Shown here one piece after another: positions 47,244 to 64,000 of a stretch of 64,000 bases of DNA. Location: the NCBI GenBank assembly GCA_950097015.1, contig CATNEN010000012.1:1736001-1800000 (forward strand). The letters are read 5' to 3'. How positions within the stretch are numbered: the stretch's first letter is position 1; every line of letters starts with the position of its first letter. Source of the stretch: Macrostomum hystrix. Its lineage: Eukaryota; Animalia; Platyhelminthes. The notes under the pieces are model-generated. The model worked only from the letters and a program-made list of their open reading frames with translations, was not told where the DNA came from and searched no databases. The translations under genes and the position numbers were made by a program.

Positions 47244-49849
47244 CTAGAATTGCATAGCCAGTGTGGTTGCTATAGCAACCAAGCCGGCCAGCAGGTAACT
47301 GGCTGGTCCCAGTCTGGAAGCGTGAGCAAACACCTCCAACTGGAAGGTGTTGGTGTAGGGATCCTTGCCGGTGTCGAATTTCATAGGGCACTGGTCGAAC
47401 AATCGCTCATTGTCTGTGAGCTCCAGCATCAAACTGGCACTTTCAGTGGGATAGGCGCTGGAGCTGGTCTGGTCCGGCATACACTTGGAGGCCATGCTGC
47501 GCGACATTCGATAAGTTCTAAGGCCGGTGCGCCTGTAGATCCAGCAGCGGAAATTGCCGACAACAGGATCGGCCGGGTCGAATGTGATCATGTAGGATTT
47601 GGCGTCCTCCATCCAGAATCCCACACAGGTCAGGATGTTATCTGGCACATCGTACTCGGACAGCGGCCGGCCGATGTGGTCCAGCCGCATGCAGCGCTGC
47701 ACATCCAAGCTCAGCTGCTTCTTCTCGCCTAGGCAGGCGTGCAGATCCGACTCCCAGTATTCGTCGCACACAACCTGCACTCTGGGGACAGGCGGGCGGG
47801 AGGTTCGGGGAAATTAAGGTTGTCTGTTTGGGGACTGAAGGCATGTTTTAAGATAGGATTTCCTTATTGCAGGAGGCCTGTGGGGATGCAATTCTGCCAA
47901 TTCTCACACAGGTGTGTGTACATCTGCGCTGACTTCCTCATCGTCAGGCAGTGTACACTTTCACTGCGCCTAAAAGGTTGGCCCCCAAGCATTCTCTCCG
48001 CACCACAAATTAATGTGGCCTCGCCGCGGAATCGAACCAAGAGACCTTGGTGCGAGAGGTAAACTCGTTGACGCTTCAGAGAATATTAAAGTCGGGATTA
48101 ATTACTTGAAAGGAAGGATTCCATTAAACTCACCGAGGCCTCGGTGTAACACCGGCAGGAATCTTAGTGAAGTATTTCTCCGAGTCCTGACCAATCATGT
48201 TGAATTTGAATCGGCCCTGAATCGGACAATTAATAGGCACAGGCGGATTAAGGACAAAGTACTCGTAGGTCCACTCCACCTGGTTCATAGTGAAAGAGAA
48301 CCAGTCGCAGGCCTCGCGAAATCTTCTACTCATGTACATGTCGCCCTCCTCAGTGCGACTGTCGTGCTTAATTGGTTTCGACATGCGGAACCGGATAATG
48401 CTGTGGATGCCTGGGCATGAAGTGCATGCACACGTAATCCACATCGCAGCGACCCTCCGTGACCACAGCCATCAGGTAGCGCGACTCCTGCGACTGTAGA
48501 ACAGACACGGGTTTAGGCGAGGATTAATATAACTCTCAGAGGTCTGAAGTTCGAATCTAAAGCTCTCAATTGAGAAAGAATTGGCGTCCTCGTGTAAAAC
48601 TTGGGTACAGTAAAAGCCACAGTGTGTTGTGTGACCTATATAATCCGTTGTCAGTGGTGAGTCTTGTGACACTGACTGTACATGTGGCCCTTTGTTTCAT
48701 TACAAGTCAATAAAAAGTGTTCAAGACGCACCTGTTTGCAGACGAAATAGACCTCCTCCCATTGATACTGGTCGAGCTGTCGCCTCAGTTTAATAGTGGT
48801 GGAGTTGATGTACACATCAGTCTGATATTCAGCCGGCTGGAACCAAACGCCAGTGAAGTTCTTTGGCAGATTGCAGCCGGGCCTCATGTAGGGCACCTGA
48901 TCGTCAGAATCTAGAGTTGGCCGCAGAACCAGCTTCAATGGCGATTCGTCTGGCGACTTGAGCGTGGAACAATCACCGTCCACTGTCATGCCCCAGCGAT
49001 ATAGAATGCTGCGCTCGTTCTGATCTTTGCGAGTAACCAAGCAGCGATATTTGAACTTCGTATCGGCCTGGTCGAATGCCAACAGCGGCGTACACGTTGT
49101 TATTATTATCGGTCCACATACCGTAGCAGTAGTAATTCTGCATGCCCCTGTCCTTGGTCTCGGCTAGACCCGGACACTGGCCCCAGGTGAATGTGGCAAT
49201 GTTATTGTCTCGCTCCTGAGATCCGGCTCTCTGGCAGGCCTTGATTTTATTGGTCAGGGCGTCGCACGGTGTACGAGATGAGTCCTTCAGCTGGTAGGTA
49301 AACCAGAACACACCCTCCATAATGGTCTTACAATTGTAATTCTGATATCTCTGCGAGAATCCAACAACGGCGAAGCTGTTGCGATTGTTCATTTCAAAAC
49401 TGGTGCACTGGCTCGTAGCTCAGAGCTTGTGAGGTGGCGTATATACCACTGAGCTGGTACTGGATGATGTTGATAGACTGCCAATAAAACTTGACACAGA
49501 AGAAGATATCCCTACCAACTGTTCTGTTGCGGTATAGCACCAACAGGTTCCATTTGGATTGCTGATCAATCTCTTGCCGATTCCTATCTATGATCCCAAC
49601 ACAGTCAGCCATTAAGAACCGGAGGGATCCTTGCCTATAGTTGATGGTGGAGTCAGATATAATCAGGGTGGTGTCCTGACCAGAGTCGATGGCATATAGT
49701 GGCATAATGTAACGAGTGTCATCTCCAATGAATGGACAACCAGTGGGAACTTGTGCTGTGGCAGTGGCAGCCAACTGCCAGGCAAACAACAGCCACATCG
49801 CTGCTGACAAGTAACAATGCTTCATTATCTGGAATTTCAGACACTCCAT
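47244..49849 (-). CDS. Uncharacterised Cys-rich secreted, possibly GPI-anchored protein (from memory resembles DUF7042/7043/7044-type invertebrate proteins), about 670 aa after correcting three +1 frameshifts
   Basis: Exons 49849-48732, 48493-48134, 47781-47244. Signal peptide MWLLFAWQLAATATA; repeated C..G.W / Y.C / RC modules; hydrophobic C-terminus LLAGLVAIATTLAMQF. Exon lengths 1118 and 360 are 2 and 1 nt longer than the splice phases require. Could be a pseudogene or assembly error. Confidence 0.75.
47864..48073 (-). mobile_element. tRNA-derived SINE family A, internally deleted, intronic
   Basis: B box GGTTCGATTCC on the minus strand; body with internal deletions; lies in intron 48133-47782. 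Confidence 0.82.
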
Positions 49850-50443
49850 AGCTTAAAATCTGAATAAAACATTAATAAGAGATCCTAAAATTGAAAAGCT
49901 AATAAGAAACAAGTCATTTTTACATATTATTTAATCATTAATATAAGTTAAGACAAAGATCAATACTACACATTTATTTAATATGAATATATTAAAAATC
50001 CTTTACATTTTATTTTATTAAGTATGAGTAAATTGTATTAGCTGAAATAGTCAAATGATACAATATTGTTTTTATAGAAATTAACAAATAGTGGAGATGT
50101 ATCCATTATGCCTTAAGGAATTTTATAGTCTTGAGTTACAAAATAATTAAAGACCAAGGCAGTTTTGCTTTGTCATAGTGGCAGTGGCACAATCCATATA
50201 CACTATTAGGTATAATGTTGCTATTATTTGGGGCTTATAGAATAGTGTACATATGTAATATTTAATTTATTTTCTGCTTTCTTAACCTTTCAATACTTAT
50301 ATGAATCATATTATTTTCTGGTTTGGCAAGAACAAGAATTTACAAAATTGGGATATAAAGATCAGGGATGTGATAAGCAAAAGAACTTCTAGTTAAAACA
50401 TCATCAGTATCTGAGTTGCCTAGCAAAGCACTAGGCCCTAAAG

Positions 50444-50784
50444 CAGGGGTCGGCAAACTTATTAGCATGCGGGCCACAGAGAGAACCTAACAGACAACAG
50501 CGGGCTGCATTAACTGTTGGAATATGAGGAAGGGGATCGAGATACATGAGACAGGGAGAGATGAGACAAAGAAGAGATGAGACAAAGAAGAGATAGGACA
50601 GAGAAGATTGAGCCAGGGAGACATGAGACATAGGAGAGATAAGACAAATTATGTATGAGACTCTCCATCTGCAGATCAGAGAGAGATGAAACATGATACT
50701 ATATGTGTTGGAAGGGGTAACGGACCGGATTTGGGAGCTTCGAGGGCCAGATTTGGCCCGCGGGCCGGAGTTTGCCGACCCTTG
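50444..50784. mobile_element. hAT (Buster/Charlie-type) MITE
   Basis: 16-bp TIRs CAGGGGTCGGCAAACT / AGTTTGCCGACCCTTG (1 mismatch), subterminal GCGGGCCA / TGGCCCGCGGGCC, perfect 8-bp TSD CCCTAAAG (50436-50443, 50785-50792) with central TA. Confidence 0.93.
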
Positions 50785-52151
50785 CCCTAAAGTATCTGTT
50801 TTCATGCTATAGTGTAGTGCCATATAGGTAACCATTTTGTATCATTTTATGTCACACATCTATAGGTTTTTTAATAATAAAAATTCAAATGATAGGTAAA
50901 GGTCTATAAAGAATATGTCCAAATAATCAGTGCTAGATCTAGGATGCTATAATAAAGGTTATAACTAAACCTTTTGAGATTCTAAAAATAAATAAAAAAC
51001 TGATAATTTCTTAAATAGCTGAGCAGTAGTCCTCTTTCATGAATTCACTGTACAATTTTGGGTGTCAATAGTGTGTAGATGTTATTTAAGCCAGGTATTT
51101 CCGTTGCCATTTTCCATTCCAAAAAAGAAGTACATATGTGAATAACAAAACAGCGACAAGTTAAAATGTAATAATATTTAATCAGAACAGGCCAAGCTAG
51201 TCCTAAGGTGCTAAGGTTGTCTTAAAAACTGATTAGTAGCTAAGCTAGTGAGTAAGTTAAGTAGTCATAGCGGTAGTCATAGTAACTTGTTATTAACTAA
51301 CTAGCTAATAAGTAAAGAGTTGCATAGTAGTTTTGCTTTATGTCATAGTGGCAGTGGCACAATCCATATACACTATTAGGTGTATACAATCCATATACAT
51401 TATAGTGTATATAGTGTATATATGTATAGTGTATAGATAAGTCTAATAACTATTTGATAGTCGCAAGAAAATATACTATATAAGTCGACTGTATCTGCAC
51501 GTTACAGAAAAAAATCAATCAAAAATTGTAAATAAAGTAACGTTTTGTATAATCGAAAAGTTGTTTTGAAGCCCTTTATTAACACAGAACAGAGGACGAG
51601 ATCTATCAATTTAGCATATCGTATTTCCGCATACATTAAGGAAAGGTTTACAGTTTAAACTTAATATACCTGAGTTTAACAACATATAACTCAAGAAAAA
51701 TAATTCAAAAGCATTCGCAGTAAATTACTGCTTCAAAAAATTATATTATAACTTTATTTAGCTTAAATTTTATGCTCCACTATGTTTATTAGACACTTCA
51801 GTCGTGAACTGGTATAAATCACGCAATCTATTGGGGGCTCAAACGCAGTCTCACGGGCTGTTTGATACAGCTGTTTGATACAGACTCCATGCATACAAAG
51901 TATAATGGGAAGATATAACAATAAAAAACAAAGTCCATAGGCCATCAGTGACTCGCTTCTTTTCTGTATTTTAACGCTATCCTGATTTGTATGTTCATAG
52001 ATATAAGACATTCGAATAAATAGTACGACTATTTAGTCAAAAAAATCGTACGATTTAAAATCTAAACTCTTGATCCAGAAAAGCTACTAGATTTGTTGTG
52101 GAACTGGCCAAGGATCATTCACGAAATTAACTGTTTTGTTACCAATTCATC

Positions 52152-52521
52152 GGGGCCGGGTCGGTGGCAGAGCGGTTAACTCGTAATTGCCTCTCGCACC
52201 ACGAACCCTAAGTTCGATTCCACGGCGAGGCCACATTAATTTGGGGCGCAGCCGCGGAGAGAAGGCTTGGGGGCTTGGCCCTCAATTTACGCAATTGAGG
52301 GCCAACCTCAAAGGCACAGTAAAGTGGACACTGCCTGACGATGAGAAAGTCAGGGCAGATGTACACACCTGTGTCAGCGTGTGCCTGCGTAAAGTATCTG
52401 TGTGCTTGTGTGCTCCGGAGTCAGCGAAATGGGCAGAATTGTCTCCTCGCTGGCTGTGGGTCTAGTGTCACCAAATGACGTGCCCTTGCCCCCAGCATTC
52501 CTGCAATTGTTATTATTATTA
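52152..52521 (+). mobile_element. tRNA-derived SINE family A, full-length
   Basis: A box TGGCAGAGCGG (52165-52175), B box GTTCGATTCC (52212-52221), (TTA)n tail, perfect 13-bp TSD TTACCAATTCATC (52139-52151, 52522-52534). Confidence 0.95.
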
Positions 52522-53880
52522 TTACCAATTCATCTTTTAAGAGTTACGACACAATATTTTCAGAATTCAATTTAAGCCGCAGAATCTTTCATGCGTCTAA
52601 TGTGAAATTATTTTTAAATTGTTTCTGTAATGTAATTCCTAATCTTTGTGAGGACCCATTTTTTATCCCAATCATGCGCACTCAATATACCAAAAAATAT
52701 TTTCCACTCGTTTTTTTTTATCGTGTAAAATATTTTTCGTCAATCGTATCAAATAAATATACAGTACCTACAGCGGAAGAGCCCCTCCCAGGGCTGACCC
52801 GCGGGTCTTAGACCCAAACCTCTTAAAATAAAAAATGTAATTGCATTGCAATACCTTAACGTACAACTGATTTATATGGTTTGTTGCTGTTTCACTGTAT
52901 CTAGATTGTCTATATACCTACAAAAACATGCTTAATTAATTGATTGAAAGCCCTTCTGCAAATTGACATCTGTTACGATTCAAACAAACATTATGAAAAA
53001 TCTAACCGACATGTAAATCAACACACTGATTAGTTTAATACGAACAATTCTTCATTCCAACTGCAGAATTAGTAAAATATCACGACAATAAAATAGAATA
53101 AATTACATTTCTTACATGAGTAATTATTTATGAAATATCAATTATTTTCTAATTGAAAATTTTTCGGTTTTTAGGTATCACTCTCTTTATGTGTGGGCCT
53201 GTCGGAGTGCGATATGTAAAACTGTTCGATGTTTAGCTAGTCGGAAAAATAATTGAAACTGCTTTAAAATAATATAAAATGCATGTATGCATAATATTCA
53301 CGTTTCTCGTGTAATTTATTTGAAAATGTCCACATCATGTGTTGATTAATGGGCAGCGTGTACTTTACACACGAGATGTAAAAAGCATAGGAATTTTCAC
53401 TTCTCGGATGAAAACTTTCTTACCTAATACGAAGTATGAGAACGATATTCTCGGCTTGGATAAACTTTGTAAGTAATGCAAGGATTGGGTCTTTTTAAGG
53501 GTAACCCAGATTTTTCTAAAAATATCTACTGCATTTGTCTCCCAGATTCCCCAAGAATTTCTAAAAATAGCTTCCGCCTTTGAGATCTGCTAATAGAGTT
53601 CGGCAATATCTTCTAAAATAAATATCCTCGTAAGTGTAGTCTATGGTCTTCTTCGCAAAAATGCTGGCGTGTTTGAAGTTTCAAGAAACCGTACAAAAAT
53701 CTCGCAAAATTCTGTTGTAGGAGAGATCAGTTTTTTGGCTACGCTTATAGGTACAGATCCAGGGGTACCGACACTTCATTACGTAGCTTCATTGATAAAC
53801 ACTTCCGAATAATAATTCAATCGATGCTAGAATGTAAAGTTGCTTTATTTACAGCGAAATTCTACTTAGGCAATTTGTCA

Positions 53881-63310
<9,430 letters not shown>

Positions 63311-64000
63311 CTAATTAGCTGCTACTCAAGTGTCCACTCGGATTGACATCGGCTACTGTACTGTAAAATGTGCACTTTGGAAAGTTCTCCAAATTTCCTA
63401 ATTCAGCATTCATTCTGATGACGCATTTTAATCTTCGATTTGTTCAAACGAGCTGCACAGGAAATGCCATGCTCATCTGTTTGACACACCTGAGCCGAGT
63501 CTAACAAGCCCAATTAGTTCTGCGGGCTAGGAATTTGTGGAGATTGGGCAGTGCTAAGATAATAGCGAATGCTCTCTTTAACTGAGGGAAGCCCGCAGTA
63601 GGACAGAAGGGCGGGCATTTATAGTACAAAATATGCACTTTGTTGCAGCATAGCGGCATGGGAAGGCTAAATAGCGGATTTAGAGTGAAAGAAAGAGACC
63701 TAAGTGATCCCTTTTCGGCCAATGGGAAAAGGATAAACGGAGCGAGTTACTGCTGGCCAGAGGCTTCCATTGAGCTTGGATAATCAGCAAAGATGGATAG
63801 ACAAATGAGCCTTGTGATAGAGGCAAAGCCTGTTCACAAATGCTGGCTCCGAGGCAGCACCGACCAACCCTACATGCAACTCTATGGGAAATACAACAGA
63901 TCGGGGACATTGCAGGCGAGGCACAGCTTGAGCGACGAATAATACAGATAGTTAAACTTGAGAAAAAGCAAGAAAGAAAATTGAGAGGACAGGGAAGACA

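Noticed and set aside
48400-49420. Programmed ribosomal frameshifting as the explanation of the +1 shifts
   Set aside because: No shared slippery motif or hungry-codon context at the three sites; single-base duplications fit sequencing error or mutation better.
52152-52235. tRNA gene
   Set aside because: A/B boxes continue into a SINE body with tail and TSD; no complete cloverleaf or terminator.
63620-63945. Plus-strand frame open for about 100 codons apart from one TAA
   Set aside because: No recognisable motif, start or splice signals.

Overview
Eukaryotic (animal) genomic DNA: GC-rich exons, AT-rich spacers, GT-AG introns and about 30 distinct 8-55 bp minisatellite arrays. This style suggests a free-living flatworm such as Macrostomum (inference, not proven). 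Genes reconstructed by hand from splice sites and reading phase: (1) C2CD2L/TMEM24-like TM-SMP-C2 lipid-transfer gene (minus, 13 exons, 6789-18750); (2) intronless HSD17B12-like 3-ketoacyl-CoA reductase (21135-22103); (3) a tandem, intact but catalytically dead paralogue of it (23768-25432); (4) Mesh/SUSD2-like NIDO-IPT-AMOP-VWD-Sushi-TM gene (plus, 16 exons, 29660-45456) with candidate alternative cytoplasmic-tail exons; (5) a Cys-rich secreted, possibly GPI-anchored uncharacterised gene carrying three +1 frameshifts (minus, 47244-49849); (6) the 3' part of an STK32/YANK kinase (minus, 53881 to beyond 63209) with a possible nested antisense gene in its 6.8 kb intron. Mobile DNA: a 5'-truncated Loa/Lian-like LINE inserted in a satellite with a TSD, five copies of one tRNA-derived SINE, a CORE-like SINE, a Buster/Charlie-type hAT MITE and a long-TIR MITE. 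Most long ORFs in the supplied track are artefacts of tandem repeats or antisense shadows of real exons. The best leads are the enzyme/pseudoenzyme pair, the intron-filling minisatellites that start at splice sites and recur between introns of the same gene, and the nested gene. No database searches were run; family names come from recognised motifs.
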